Assembly: GCF_001194135.2 (NCBI RefSeq)
Contig: NC_069002.1
Coordinates: 23,000,951 to 23,064,950 of the forward strand
Direction of reading: 5' to 3'
Length of the DNA: 64,000 nucleotides
Source: Octopus bimaculoides
Taxonomy: Eukaryota
Shown: positions 11,709-25,526 of the stretch, in pieces
How the letters are laid out: each line of letters begins with the position of its first letter
How positions within the stretch are numbered: the stretch's first letter is position 1
Program-made: the position numbers and the translations under genes
Notes under the pieces: model-generated
What the model was told of the DNA's origin: nothing
The model's database searches: none
The model's input: the letters and a program-made list of their open reading frames with translations, nothing else

Positions 11709-12733
11709 AGAAAGAGAGAGAGACAAAAAGAACAAAAGCGGGAGAGATATGCAGAGAACAGAGAAATAGAGAGAGAAGCTCGTCGTGTGTGTGCGTATAT
11801 ATACATATATATACACACACACACACACACTTACATATACATATATAGATGTATATATATCTATCTATGTATATATATATATGTATATATGTGTATATAT
11901 ATGTATATGTTTGTATACATATATATATACGTATGTATATATGTATATGTNNNNNNNNNNNNNNNNNNNNNNNNNNNNNNNNNNNNNNNNNNNNNNNNNN
12001 NNNNNNNNNNNNNNNNNNNNNNNNNNNNNNNNNNNNNNNNNNNNNNNNNNNNNNNNNNNNNNNNNNNNNNNNNNNNNNNNNNNNNNNNNNNNNNNNNNNN
12101 NNNNNNNNNNNNNNNNNNNNNNNNNNNNNNNNNNNNNNNNNNNNNNNNNNNNNNNNNNNNNNNNNNNNNNNNNNNNNNNNNNNNNNNNNNNNNNNNNNNN
12201 NNNNNNNNNNNNNNNNNNNNNNNNNNNNNNNNNNNNNNNNNNNNNNNNNNNNNNNNNNNNNNNNNNNNNNNNNNNNNNNNNNNNNNNNNNNNNNNNNNNN
12301 NNNNNNNNNNNNNNNNNNNNNNNNNNNNNNNNNNNNNNNNNNNNNNNNNNNNNNNNNNNNNNNNNNNNNNNNNNNNNNNNNNNNNNNNNNNNNNNNNNNN
12401 NNNNNNNNNNNNNNNNNNNNNNNNNNNNNNNNNNNNNNNNNNNNNNNNNNNNNNNNNNNNNNNNNNNNNNNNNNNNNNNNNNNNNNNNNNNNNNNNNNNN
12501 NNNNNNNNNNNNNNNNNNNNNNNNNNNNNNNNNNNNNNNNNNNNNNNNNNNNNNNNNNNNNNNNNNNNNNNNNNNNNNNNNNNNNNNNNNNNNNNNNNNN
12601 NNNNNNNNNNNNNNNNNNNNNNNNNNNNNNNNNNNNNNNNNNNNNNNNNNNNNNNNNNNNNNNNNNNNNNNNNNNNNNNNNNNNNNNNNNNNNNNNNNNN
12701 NNNNNNNNNNNNNNNNNNNNNNNNNNNNNNNNN

Positions 12734-12885
12734 CTACTTCTAAACCACGTGGTTCGAGGTTCGATCTCACTGTGTTTTACTTGGGGGTGGGTTGTGGTGG
12801 GGGAGGAAGTGTCTTCTGGCTAAGCCTTGGTGGACTGACCAAAGTTTTAGGATTCAAATTTGGTGACTGGTAACTGTGAAAGCCA

Positions 12886-12922
<37 letters not shown>
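12734..12922 (+). mobile_element. Family-2 SINE 5' half ending in (GT)n
   Basis: cttcctaaaccacgtggttcgaggttcgatctcactg...gtgtcttctggctaagcc...ggattc...aactgtgaaagccatttgtgtg. Confidence 0.7.
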
Positions 12923-12926
<4 letters not shown>

Positions 12927-13259
12927 ATGCGCATTTCTGTTTGTTTTTCTTGCTGCTGTGCTAAAATCACTATAACTTTTTGTCAAAACGAGATGGATAG
13001 AATGAATATCAGACTCTTATGAAAAATAACAGCAATAATTCTGGTTCTGACAGCTTTATATTTTTCTAAATAGAAAGAAAAGGGAAAGTATGGAATCAAA
13101 ATCAAAGAGTGATTGATTTATTTTATTACCTAGAAAACTCTTAATTCTTTCCTATCCAGTGCTATCATTATGAACCTTTGAACTTCCACATTTTGTTGAA
13201 AATTTGTTTAATTTTCTTTAAAATGTGATTTATTTTTGTCTGAAGATAAAAACTGCTGT

Positions 13260-14530
13260 TGTTAGAATTGGTTGCAGGAGCTTCTCTTTTCCAACATATT
13301 TCTAGTTCTATCAATTTCTAAAGATCTTCACAGATGAGGGTTTTGCTTTCTGGATGCTAAATAAGTCCTGAATGTTGCTTATATCTCTGAGAGGCCAATA
13401 CCAAGCAAGTGATTTGATATAGGACCATGTGTTCAAATCATAACAATCGCAGCATGGAAGACACAAGTTAGCCATCCAAAAACAAATAATAAACGTTTCA
13501 GTGAAGTTAACAGTGTTTGTCTGTTATTTGGTATCAAAATTTTCATCACACAAACTACAACCTTGTCACAGACAAGATTACATTTCATTTCAGATATTTA
13601 AGTGAAATTAACAGTCTTTGTGTGTGTTTCCAAATGGCTAACATGCGTCTTCTATGCTGCAATCATATCACTTTTATCAATTCTTTGAATTGCACTTCCT
13701 GTGCCATTTGTACAAGACTAATTACTAATTTTCATTCTTTATCCTTTAGTCTTTATTCACTACATTTGGATACAATTTCTCCCAAATCCTAATTTATTGC
13801 TTACATAACAAAATGTTACAGAATTATTTCCTGGATATTGTATTTAACTAACTCACAGTCTTCTAAGATAATAATGATATTCTTTAAAATGGAAATAATT
13901 CCCTAATCTGTAGTAAAGTTAGGTTTGGCAGAATGAGAATTACTTCAAACAGACAAATTTGGAGTTAATCAAGATTTGCTGTCCAAAAGCAGAACTGCCT
14001 TTGGCTTGGAGTTCTCACAACAATATTTGCCAGCATTATAGAAATGTTCATTGAACCATTCTATAAACAATTCCATCGTAATCCAAACTTATCTGTAAGA
14101 CATCTATATGACATAGATGCCTTTCATTGCTCTTGGAGTATCAGAATGGTAAAGTAGCCATGGTTTAAGTTTCAAATCTCCAGTGGCATTCGATTCTAAT
14201 AAGAACAGAAAATGATCTGGTGGCTATCTCTTTGGAAATAGAACTCCGTAGAGGTTAAATATTTCCAAAATAATGCAGAGTTCTTTACACTGTTGGGTGT
14301 TTATCTCTTTCTCTAATATTCTTCAAAAAATGTGTTGGAAACTCCAATACATCCTCTACGTTGCAACTTGTTAATTCTCGTGATACCCCAACATCATGGA
14401 GACTAAATCATTTCTTGAACCTTCTATACTAACCACAAGAAGCAACGAGCACTTGAGCAAGTTCCTCAGTTTCCTTGTTTCAATTGATTAAACAAATCTG
14501 ATGCCTTTTGCTGGATAATGGCTTGGAAAA
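13260..14530 (-). mobile_element. Tigger/pogo (Tc1/mariner superfamily) DDE transposase relic
   Basis: Minus-strand segments in the expected order: AIIQQKASDLFNQLK; VASCG*YRRFKK*FSLHDVGVSRELTSCNVEDVLEFP; LESNATGDLKLKPWLLYHSDTPRAMKG (14101-14200); VWITMELFIEWFNEHFYNAGKYCCENSKPKAVLLLDS (~13978-14088). Multiple stops and frameshifts; no TIRs found. Confidence 0.88.
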
Positions 14531-16369
14531 GTAACAAGTGGTGCAGTGTCTTAGTGTCCACTTAAGGAGTTGGTTGTGATGATAATAATGACAATGATGA
14601 TGATGATGATGATTGTGATGATGATGATGATTGTGATGATGATGCTGACAGTAGTGTTAACATCAATGGTGATGATGGTGATGATGATGATGATGATGGT
14701 GACGGTGACAATGATGATTGATGGTGGTTGTGATTGTGATGGTGAGTCAAGAAGATGATGGTGGTGAAGAGAATTGTTGTTATTGTTTAGCCCCAGATCA
14801 GCCTGGATCCAGTAGACCTATGAGGAAAAACATTCCAGATTTCCATTTTTGTAAATGCAAGATCAGTTTTGTTGTTGTTGTTGTCGTTTAGTATCATGCC
14901 AGCTCTGATTGGTCAGAATTATGATTGAAAGTATGTTATCCATGGCCATCCTGTGTTTGAGGGTGTCTACAGTTACATTATCTAATGTGTCCTTTCTTCT
15001 TTTTTCATAAACAGTTAAATGTATTGTGAGGAAGAGTTTTGGCTGCTATATCTAGCAGTTAAAGCAGCTCAGTTCAGTCATTACGACAACAACAACAACA
15101 GCATAAAACATTCATGTGAATCCTCTTTGTTACAGAAATAGCAACATTTCATTTGAAAGCTGTTGTTGTTCTCTGTTGCATTTATAATGGCAGAGAAATT
15201 GAATTTTTAATTGTTAAATATTAAAAAAATTCCCCCTCTTCACTAATTCCAGCCAAAACACATTTCCAAATTCTTTCCATCATTTTCTCCCCACCCTTCC
15301 CGCCATCTGTGCAGAAAGAAATGTTAAAATTCCTCATTTTTCCTTATTGCTTCCTACCAAAATCATGGCTGGCTTTATATTTTTCCCTTTTTATTTCAAT
15401 CATTTATGGAATTAATTACATTTTTCTATCAAGTAATCAGAATTTTCCAAACTAATTAACCATCTTTTGTATTTCTAATTTTTGAACTGCTTTTTAATTG
15501 GTTATTTTCTTTGATCACACTCTCAGTCAAGAACCTTTATTTCCACCATAAGGAATCGGTGTCATTCATTACAGTTCTACAGCGACATAGGGAACAATTC
15601 CACTTATACATCATTAAGAACCCCTCTCACCCTGCTTTGCTCTTGCACTCAACATATCATGGACTATACAAGTCATGTTGCTATCAAACTATTTATTCCT
15701 CTATATTCAGGAATTGAAATACCGATTCTTAGAAGCAAGAAAACAATCATTTTTAGAACATCTGCTCTCTCTTTCCTAACTCTACTCACATTCTAAATGG
15801 ATGATCATCTAAAACTTTGGTTTTGTTTAATTATCTTTTGTCTCCTCTTGTTCTATTTTTACCCCTTCATTAACATTCTCTAATTGTATAACTTTTGTGC
15901 CTGAGCTGAATTGTACTACATTTCAAAGCATGTACATGTGATCATTCACCTGCATGTAATTATACAGGGTACTGTGCTGGGGTACCTTGCTACAATATAC
16001 AGTTAAAGTACTTTTTAATTATCTACTATTTCATTTTGTTACAGGGCAGCACTACATGTGTCTTGTGGATATATATATTCACAAGAGTATATATATATAT
16101 TGGTGACTAATGGCTTTTACCAGACTGACTCAACCAAGATGTAATATATGGAAATAGGGTTTTCGGTTGGAACTATGTAAAGCTGGTCTTTAGTTATAAA
16201 TATATAAAGATTGGCTTCCATTTCTATGGTCTCATAGCTTATTGAACACTTCATAACATAATGTATATTCCCACACAGTTGGACAATTTTCTCTTTGTAC
16301 CAATCTACATTATATAACCCAAACTGTACAAAATATAATGTAATATTATATATATATAGTTGAAATTTA

Positions 16370-16540
16370 CAGAAAAACAAAAGGCGAAGACAGGTGTATA
16401 AACAACAAGCAGGTGGTTAAGTTTGATGCTCGGGAGGGTGAGAAGGTCTTTTACGTCTCGAGCCTACGCTCCTCAACAGAAAGGAACACGAGGGAATAAA
16501 CAGAGAGAGAATAAAAAACTTGTGGAGTTAGCAGTCAATC
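16370..16540 (-). mobile_element. ~170-bp Penelope/retrozyme-like element inserted in (TA)n
   Basis: Unique-looking block between TA tracts (about 16359-16369 and 16540-16557) containing a hammerhead-like motif. Confidence 0.5.
16448..16483 (-). ncRNA. Degenerate minimal type-I hammerhead-ribozyme-like motif
   Basis: Minus strand reads CUUU-CUGUUGA-G-GAGC-GUAG-GCUC-GAGA-CGU-A-AAAG: stem I CUUU/AAAG, stem II GAGC/GCUC, palindromic ACGU stem III, and a GUA site. The core deviates from CUGANGA/GAAA at two positions and has one extra G. Confidence 0.5.
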
Positions 16541-17478
16541 ATATATATATATATATATGTGTGTGTGGTTGTGTGTGTGTAAATATATAGAACTTTTTCT
16601 CTGACCATATATTATAGCAATATCTACAGTTCATAGCTCTGTGCTTCTCCCTCACCACAAAGTCCAGTTTGTATGTTTGTGCTGCAGTCTAATAACAGTG
16701 TCCAGTTTGTATCACACTGCTCCTCTCTCTTAACACAGTGTCCTGTTGATGTCTCTTTATGTCTCTTTCATAACACAGTGTCCAGTCCATATCATTGTGC
16801 CCTTTCCTTATCCGAACTCACTGGTGCAGTCACTGAATTACATTCCACGGAATTAATCGGTTACTATAAATGATTTCAGTTTTTTCTTATTTGATTTCCA
16901 TGACTTTAGGAGGTGAATGTTGATACAAGTTTAAAGTTGGTATTGATTTTTGTGGAGTGGTGAAGATACATTGATAATTTATTTGTTTGTTACCCCAGTT
17001 CACATTGCAGAAGATTTCAGAAGCATAATGATAAAGTATTTTGTAGTTGTCATTATTTAAATTTTGGTGATTTTGGTATTTTCGATAAAAAAACCATTTA
17101 CTGTATTCATGTCTACCCTGTCTTTAACCATTTATTACTCTCCTCTCACACTCTTGTGAACTTAATCACCCACCCTTCCAAATTCTCTGTCTCTATTTTC
17201 TCTCTACTCATTTTCTTGTTCCTTGAGGGTGTACTCTGACATCTCATCAGTGCTATCTTTATCTGTCTTTCTAGTTACTCCCATCCACTCTTATATAATG
17301 CAGGATAGCCTGCAAGACTCCTTTCCTGTCCCACTCAACACTGGTCATAAAACCCACCTCTCTCTCTCTACTACAACCCTGTTCATTCACAGGGTCTTGC
17401 AAGTTACTTGGTGACCTCACTAGTGTGGGTACCACAGAACATAGACCCAGTACTCTCTGTAATGTAGTTGGTATAAGG

Positions 17479-17805
17479 CAGTGTTTCTCAACCTTTTTAC
17501 CCTTGTGTAACCCTTAAAATAAATTACATGTCTCAAGGAACCCCTGCACAAAAAAAATTATACATCATATCTTTCTCATATTTTTTCATCATAGTTCACA
17601 TGGTAAATATCATATATATATATATACATATATGGTTGTTATTTTTTTTGATAACATAATAGGTTAGATAGGATGATGTCTATATTACAATAACCAATAA
17701 TATGTTGTGCATGTATAGTAATATTACGATCATGAAATTAGCGGAACCCCTAGGAACCTTTTGCAGAACCCTAATGTTCCAGGGGACGTCGGTTGAGAAA
17801 CACTG
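17479..17805. mobile_element. hAT (Charlie/Buster-type) MITE with perfect 8-bp TSD
   Basis: TIRs cagtgtttctcaacc / ggttgagaaacactg; TSD gtataagg at 17471-17478 and 17806-17813. Confidence 0.95.
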
Positions 17806-18819
17806 GTATAAGGAAAGGCATCTAGCCATGGAAACCATTCCAAAGCAGGTGTTGGATCTCAGTGCAGTCCTCTGGCCCTTCAACTTCTACCAAATTGTCC
17901 GAGTCATGACAGCATGCAAGACAGCCATTAATTAATGATGACAACTTGATGCCATTCCATCGCTCAGAGAAATCTCAATGTCTTTTACATGGATCACAAA
18001 ATTTCTACAGAAACTATATTTACTGTAAAGGTATTTGTTACTGTTGCTTTCTAGAAGTTTGGTGAAATTTCTGGCACTATTTCATGTAACAAAGACAGCT
18101 CAAAGTTTTTCACATGGCTTGCAGGATTTCTATGGAAACCATGTCTTTATTGAGACATTTGTTGTTGTAGTTGTTAAGCTTTTAGTAATTTTGTTAACTG
18201 CCTGGCACCATTCCACAGAATAACGGTAAGAGTGAAATTCTGTGCTCGGCTTCCCAAACTTACAACACGGACCACAACTTGAAGTAAAATTGTTATTATG
18301 GCTGTTGACATTGAGGTTTTCATTATTGTTTAAGTGTCTTTGATGAATATGTTGCCATTATTCCATATGAAGCAAAATTAATCTGTGTCATGAAAATGTC
18401 TTGAGAGACTGACAAAGGAATATCAGGGTTGGTAATAAAGTTTCTTCATGTTTTTTCCTCTTCTCTTGTTGCTGTTTCGGTAGTTTGGCGATTGTGTAGA
18501 AAGATAGATGGCTTTAGTTGAGATATTAGCTCAACTAATCACACATTTCTCTGATATGGAATGACAGGAAATGGAGTTTCTGAAGATGGCAGGTATAATG
18601 AAATCATTAAAGTTCTTTCCAAATTGAGTCGGCAGCTTTTAGAAACGATAAACCATGGATGATGATAGCTTGTTGTCAGTGACTTACATTCCTTCACACA
18701 TACACTTGTACATGCGTAACTATCATTATATCCATGCAAATGCTGCCATTATCATGTGAAGAATTATGTACTTTTAAAGGATGTGCCCCAGCATGACCAC
18801 AATTAATAGGTAAACCCAG

Positions 18820-18858
<39 letters not shown>

Positions 18859-19732
18859 NNNNNNNNNNNNNNNNNNNNNNNNNNNNNNNNNNNNNNNNNN
18901 NNNNNNNNNNNNNNNNNNNNNNNNNNNNNNNNNNNNNNNNNNNNNNNNNNNNNNNNNNNNNNNNNNNNNNNNNNNNNNNNNNNNNNNNNNNNNNNNNNNN
19001 NNNNNNNNNNNNNNNNNNNNNNNNNNNNNNNNNNNNNNNNNNNNNNNNNNNNNNNNNNNNNNNNNNNNNNNNNNNNNNNNNNNNNNNNNNNNNNNNNNNN
19101 NNNNNNNNNNNNNNNNNNNNNNNNNNNNNNNNNNNNNNNNNNNNNNNNNNNNNNNNNNNNNNNNNNNNNNNNNNNNNNNNNNNNNNNNNNNNNNNNNNNN
19201 NNNNNNNNNNNNNNNNNNNNNNNNNNNNNNNNNNNNNNNNNNNNNNNNNNNNNNNNNNNNNNNNNNNNNNNNNNNNNNNNNNNNNNNNNNNNNNNNNNNN
19301 NNNNNNNNNNNNNNNNNNNNNNNNNNNNNNNNNNNNNNNNNNNNNNNNNNNNNNNNNNNNNNNNNNNNNNNNNNNNNNNNNNNNNNNNNNNNNNNNNNNN
19401 NNNNNNNNNNNNNNNNNNNNNNNNNNNNNNNNNNNNNNNNNNNNNNNNNNNNNNNNNNNNNNNNNNNNNNNNNNNNNNNNNNNNNNNNNNNNNNNNNNNN
19501 NNNNNNNNNNNNNNNNNNNNNNNNNNNNNNNNNNNNNNNNNNNNNNNNNNNNNNNNNNNNNNNNNNNNNNNNNNNNNNNNNNNNNNNNNNNNNNNNNNNN
19601 NNNNNNNNNNNNNNNNNNNNNNNNNNNNNNNNNNNNNNNNNNNNNNNNNNNNNNNNNNNNNNNNNNNNNNNNNNNNNNNNNNNNNNNNNNNNNNNNNNNN
19701 NNNNNNNNNNNNNNNNNNNNNNNNNNNNNNNN

Positions 19733-19850
19733 CGATAGAATAAGTACTAGGCTTCCAAAGAATAAGTCCTGGGGTCGATTTGCTCGACTAAAGGCGGTGC
19801 TCCAGCATGGCCACAGTCAAAAGACAGAAACAAGTAAAAGAGTAAAAGAG

Positions 19851-19851
<1 letters not shown>
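19733..19851 (+). mobile_element. Family-2 SINE 3' tail (5' part lost in gap), close to family consensus
   Basis: cgatagaataagtactaggc...gactaaaggcggtgctccagcatggccacagtcaaa...aacaagtaaaagagtaaaagagt. Confidence 0.9.
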
Positions 19852-19896
<45 letters not shown>

Positions 19897-19914
19897 TATA
19901 TCAGTGAGGGCATG

Positions 19915-20150
19915 TAGTCTTGTGGTCAGAATGTTGCAGTCATGTGATTGCGGTTTTTATTCCCAGACCAGGCATTGTGTTGTATTCTTGCACAAAACCC
20001 TTCATCACATGTTGCTCTGTGACTACTTTGACATATGACATGGGGCACGCTCTGTGCACCTGTTCACGCAACGTTGATTTAATGGAGGGAGGGAGTTTAA
20101 TGAACAACACAAACATTTGATCACTATAAACAAATCAACCGTACAGGTTA
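19915..20150 (+). mobile_element. Diverged tRNA-type SINE (family 3-like)
   Basis: Head gcatgtagtcttgtggtcagaatg...ttcccagacc and central gtgttgtattcttgcacaaaac...tgttgctc, similar to 44430-44690 and 49175-49470. Confidence 0.55.
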
Positions 20151-20218
20151 TTCAGCAAGAATTCATGGAACCTTCACTTGTCAGCTTTGACTGTAGAGCC
20201 CCACTCCTACCACATATA

Positions 20219-20431
20219 CAGGGTAGAACACAAAAGTAGGTTTACAGTTATCACATAGGCACTTTAAATTTCTTTTAAAACATTTTATTACATTTAAATC
20301 TCTATCTTACAATTAACTAAATTAGCATAGAATAATGGTTTCATATTTTTTTATAATTAAGATCTAAACTGTTAATATATGAATGCGAAAGAGATAGTTG
20401 AATAACTGTAAACCTACTTTTGGGCCACCCG
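20219..20431. mobile_element. Tc1/mariner-type MITE with TA TSD
   Basis: Perfect 19-bp inverted core caaaagtaggtttacagtt (20231-20249) / aactgtaaacctacttttg (20403-20421); ends cagggt... / ...cacccg; flanked by TA. Confidence 0.85.
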
Positions 20432-20800
20432 TATATAATATATATCCATCTATGCCATTCCAGGGACCTGTAAGGCTTTGATAGAGTTATAGGGGTGTGG
20501 TTGTGACTTACAGTGTGTCTTGGGTATTTTTAAACCTGGTATGAATTATCTTCCTCCAGTTCTGGCCAAGATCAGTGGCTTCCAGAAGGAGAGAAATAGA
20601 CAAGAAAAGAGTGAGGGAAATAGAAAATTCCATCCCAGTACAACATTGATACTTTGATTATTGACCCCAAAAGGAGGAAAAGAAAAAAATGACCATTACT
20701 GAATTTGAACCCCGAGTGCAAGGAGCTTGAATGATTACTGCAAAATATTCTGTTTGCTGTGAAAATCCCTCTGCCAGTTGGCCACCTCTCTCTCTCCATG

Positions 20801-20832
<32 letters not shown>

Positions 20833-22656
20833 TGTATGTATGTATGCTTGCATGTATGCATGCATGCATGCATGCGTTATGTATGTACATATGCATGCAT
20901 TATGTTTGTACATATGTACATACATATGCATTCATGCACTATGAATATATGTGTTTATATATGTGTGTGCCTCTGTAACATAATGTGATAAAGTGTTCCT
21001 GTGATACTCTGTTGTGATGCAGTATCTAAATACATTTAGAAACATTCAGTACTGTGATTCCAAACAACCACAATGGCGAAACATATGTAAGGAACAAATG
21101 ATATGAACTNNNNNNNNNNNNNNNNNNNNNNNNNNNNNNNNNNNNNNNNNNNNNNNNNNNNNNNNNNNNNNNNNNNNNNNNNNNNNNNNNNNNNNNNNNN
21201 NNNNNNNNNNNNNNNNNNNNNNNNNNNNNNNNNNNNNNNNNNNNNNNNNNNNNNNNNNNNNNNNNNNNNNNNNNNNNNNNNNNNNNNNNNNNNNNNNNNN
21301 NNNNNNNNNNNNNNNNNNNNNNNNNNNNNNNNNNNNNNNNNNNNNNNNNNNNNNNNNNNNNNNNNNNNNNNNNNNNNNNNNNNNNNNNNNNNNNNNNNNN
21401 NNNNNNNNNNNNNNNNNNNNNNNNNNNNNNNNNNNNNNNNNNNNNNNNNNNNNNNNNNNNNNNNNNNNNNNNNNNNNNNNNNNNNNNNNNNNNNNNNNNN
21501 NNNNNNNNNNNNNNNNNNNNNNNNNNNNNNNNNNNNNNNNNNNNNNNNNNNNNNNNNNNNNNNNNNNNNNNNNNNNNNNNNNNNNNNNNNNNNNNNNNNN
21601 NNNNNNNNNNNNNNNNNNNNNNNNNNNNNNNNNNNNNNNNNNNNNNNNNNNNNNNNNNNNNNNNNNNNNNNNNNNNNNNNNNNNNNNNNNNNNNNNNNNN
21701 NNNNNNNNNNNNNNNNNNNNNNNNNNNNNNNNNNNNNNNNNNNNNNNNNNNNNNNNNNNNNNNNNNNNNNNNNNNNNNNNNNNNNNNNNNNNNNNNNCAC
21801 ACACACACAAAGAAATGGTCTATGTGAATATATATATATATATATATATATAAATGTATTCCTTGAATTTATACTTATGTCTGTATACCTGTTTCTGTGT
21901 GTATGTGTATATATATAAATATGTATATTTATATTTTGATGTGTGTGTGTGTGTGTGTGTTCAATATCTGACAATAGTTTTCCATTTCCTTTTTTTTTCC
22001 TTCTTAATCCTGAAACCAACCTAATATGGCACAAAGGAAAATGTTGTTACCGTTCCATGTTTAATGGAACAAACCTAACAGCTGAATGGCTTCTTCGGAA
22101 TCCAATGCTAGAATGATTAAATTTGGTATTTCGTCATCCCTTCCACCCCCTCCTCCTCTTCCTTTTCCTTCACATTTGGGCAAATGTGTATACATGCACT
22201 GCAATCATATATATACATGTATATATGCTTAATATATACTTACAGCTATATTACATAAATACCAGTATTACAAACACATGTATTTATTTATTTATTTATA
22301 TGTATATATAATTAGATTTATACATCTACATATTTCAATATCTACACACATACATGGTTCCTGTATAATTGTGTTCCCTCTTGCCTTTTATAGACAAATA
22401 AGTAAGTACTTTCATATCAAACTAAACACACTGACTTGTATACACTGAGGTCAGAATGTTATACCTTTCGGTTGCGTGTTCATATTGGCATGCACACACA
22501 CACGCACACATAGAAGTATTTACTTTCAGTCATATTTATGTTCACATGTCTATATACACTCATATAATCCACTCATATATATATATATATGTACACACAC
22601 ATCTACATACATTCTTATACAATGTAAATGTACACACAAGGACCTCTTACATTTAC

Positions 22657-22699
<43 letters not shown>

Positions 22700-23480
22700 T
22701 ATGACCATCACTATGCTTTTATATAATGCTTCGATACATACATGTACATAAAAGCACAGGTATCTGTACACATCATCATCGACCACGACCATGACCATCA
22801 CCATCATCATTATTTAACATGCATTCTCCTTGTTGGCTTGCATTGGATGTTTCACAAGAATATAATGAAATGGAGAATCCTGTTATGCTCCAATACCTAC
22901 TTTGGCATGATTTCTGTGGATGGATGCCCTTCCTAACATCAACCACTTTACAGAGTGTACTCGGTGCCTTTTTGTTTTTGTAGCTCGAGCAGTAATGAGA
23001 TTTCCTTGTGTTTTGCAAGACTAAGTGTTCAGAGGTGGCCCCTGTGACTGAGGGAGAATAAAAGGAGAGTATGAGAATTCCATGTTGGGTGACGAGAGAG
23101 GGTAACGTATGGAGAAAGGAATAGATTTGTAATTGTGAGAAAGGAGTAGTGGAGAAAGCTAACAAAAATTAGACCTGATTGGAGGAGGGGGAACATGGCA
23201 GGGATAAGGGTTAGGAAAGGGATTAGTTTCAGGGGTTAGTGAGAAAGAGAAGGACAAAGTGCTACAGGAAATATTAGTTTTAATTTCTCCTATTTTCCTT
23301 CCCTGTTCTTTTCTCTCCATGTCTACTTTATTTTTTTTGGAAAAAGAGTAAGAGTAAGTACTTGAAACATTAAAGATATTTACTTTTTTTTTCTTTCCCA
23401 TTTCCTGAGCATCAAACTAAAACCAACTCTGAGTTTATTTTTTACATCATCTTTGTTTTGTATTTTTCCTTACCCTTGTA

Positions 23481-23524
<44 letters not shown>

Positions 23525-23797
23525 NNNNNNNNNNNNNNNNNNNNNNNNNNNNNNNNNNNNNNNNNNNNNNNNNNNNNNNNNNNNNNNNNNNNNNNNNNNN
23601 NNNNNNNNNNNNNNNNNNNNNNNNNNNNNNNNNNNNNNNNNNNNNNNNNNNNNNNNNNNNNNNNNNNNNNNNNNNNNNNNNNNNNNNNNNNNNNNNNNNN
23701 NNNNNNNNNNNNNNNNNNNNNNNNNNNNNNNNNNNNNNNNNNNNNNNNNNNNNNNNNNNNNNNNNNNNNNNNNNNNNNNNNNNNNNNNNNNNNNNNN

Positions 23798-23933
23798 AGT
23801 TTGCTTACCAACCACATTGTTCTGGGTTCAGTCCCACTGTGTGGCACCTTGGGCAAGTGTCTTCTACTATAGCCTCAGGCTGACCAAAGCCTTGTGAGTG
23901 GATTTGGTAAGTGGAAAGTGAACGAAGCACTTC

Positions 23934-23960
<27 letters not shown>
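23798..23960 (+). mobile_element. Family-2 SINE 5' half ending in (TA)n
   Basis: gcttaccaaccacattgttctgggttcagtcccactgtgtggcaccttgggcaagtgtcttctactatagcc...gtggatttggtaag. The gtggcaccttgggcaagt segment resembles the CORE domain. Confidence 0.9.
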
Positions 23961-23965
<5 letters not shown>

Positions 23966-24928
23966 CAGAAATAGTGAATACAGAAGATAGAGTATACTGA
24001 AAACTTTTATATAGTTCCCAATATACTCTCTCTTCCACATGCATTGTTTCTACTATACTCAACATGCACTGAAGAATTCCCAATGTAGATCCAGTGGTGA
24101 TTGTGCAATTATTGTGGATGATGCCAGGTAGACATAGGCAGTGAATGTGCTTTATAGGCAGACTACTAGGAACATACTCAACATGCAAAGTTTAAATTTT
24201 GAATTTAGATTTAAGCTTTATTTTAACTTATATATACACACACACACACATATTTACATACACACACATTTATATATTCTAATCATTATTGACTGCACAT
24301 AATCAGTCTATGTGTTTTGCTAGTTTGCCAATTCACTGTGATTCGATTTGTCTCTGGTTCAATTCAGGTACATGATGTTGATAAGCCACAAAAATGGCAA
24401 AATATCAGTGTTCGTCACTCCTGAATGGAATTGAAGATGGATTGTTGCACCTGTCTATGACTTTCAGGTGTTTTAATATCTAGCTTTTTGAGGGAGTCAT
24501 CCTCACAGTGCTATCCTGCAGCGAACCGGAGAACAAGCAAAACACATACACTGGGTATGTGCAGTTGATAATGTTTACAACACCAGCACTGCTTTTAATT
24601 CATAATTGAATCTATTTCGGTATTGCACTGAGGCATAGTGATACTAATAACCTGGTGTTAGTACTCAATATATGACAAAGTAGTAATGTGATAAACAAGC
24701 ATTCAACTGTAAGTGCATTGCATCTTACAGCAGAAACAGCTGTAAGCTAATGAAATTTATTACATAATGTCTTGTTCCCTTATCATTTGTTTAATTGCTT
24801 ATGTATGCTTGTATGCACACACATACAATTATTTAATATTAAAGCTGAAAATGCCCTCTGCCACTTTCAACTTTATTGGTCTGTGAAATGGTGTTACAAG
24901 GCACAGATGTTTGTGTGGTTTTCTCTAC

Positions 24929-25021
<93 letters not shown>

Positions 25022-25449
25022 TTACCACGGCGTTGTTATTATTGTCCCAGTGGACAGTTCAGTGGTGCAGTTTTGTTTTAAAATGACAGAATGTCTTCAA
25101 GTTTGAATTGATTTGAAGTTTCAAAATTTTTAAGAGAATTTGGTGATGAGAGTACAGGTAATTGCCCCAGTCAAGTTTAGTTGAGTAATTTGTTTTCCAT
25201 TTGGAATATGGTTCCTTCTCAAAAATACTGCATCACTAGATTTCATGGTTATTGTTGCTGTTGCCCTCCTGCTCCTGCTCCTCCTGCTCCCCCTCTTGCT
25301 CCTGCTCCTCCTCCTGCTCCTCCTGCTCCCCCTCTTGCTCCTCCTCCTCCTTATCATCATTGTCATCATACAGCATCCATTTATTTCCCACCTTCCCTTG
25401 CTGGCATAGATTTAACAGGTCGTGTTGTTCATAGTAGCTCATGCCATCT

Positions 25450-25480
<31 letters not shown>

Positions 25481-25526
25481 TCCATGGCTGTCTATGTTGT
25501 GTCTGTGATGTAACGACCAATGAGCT

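Noticed and set aside
24615-24640. miR-92-like seed (tattgcact) and miR-8-star-like catcttac nearby
   Set aside because: Only seed-length matches; the 3' parts do not match and there is no pre-miRNA-length hairpin.
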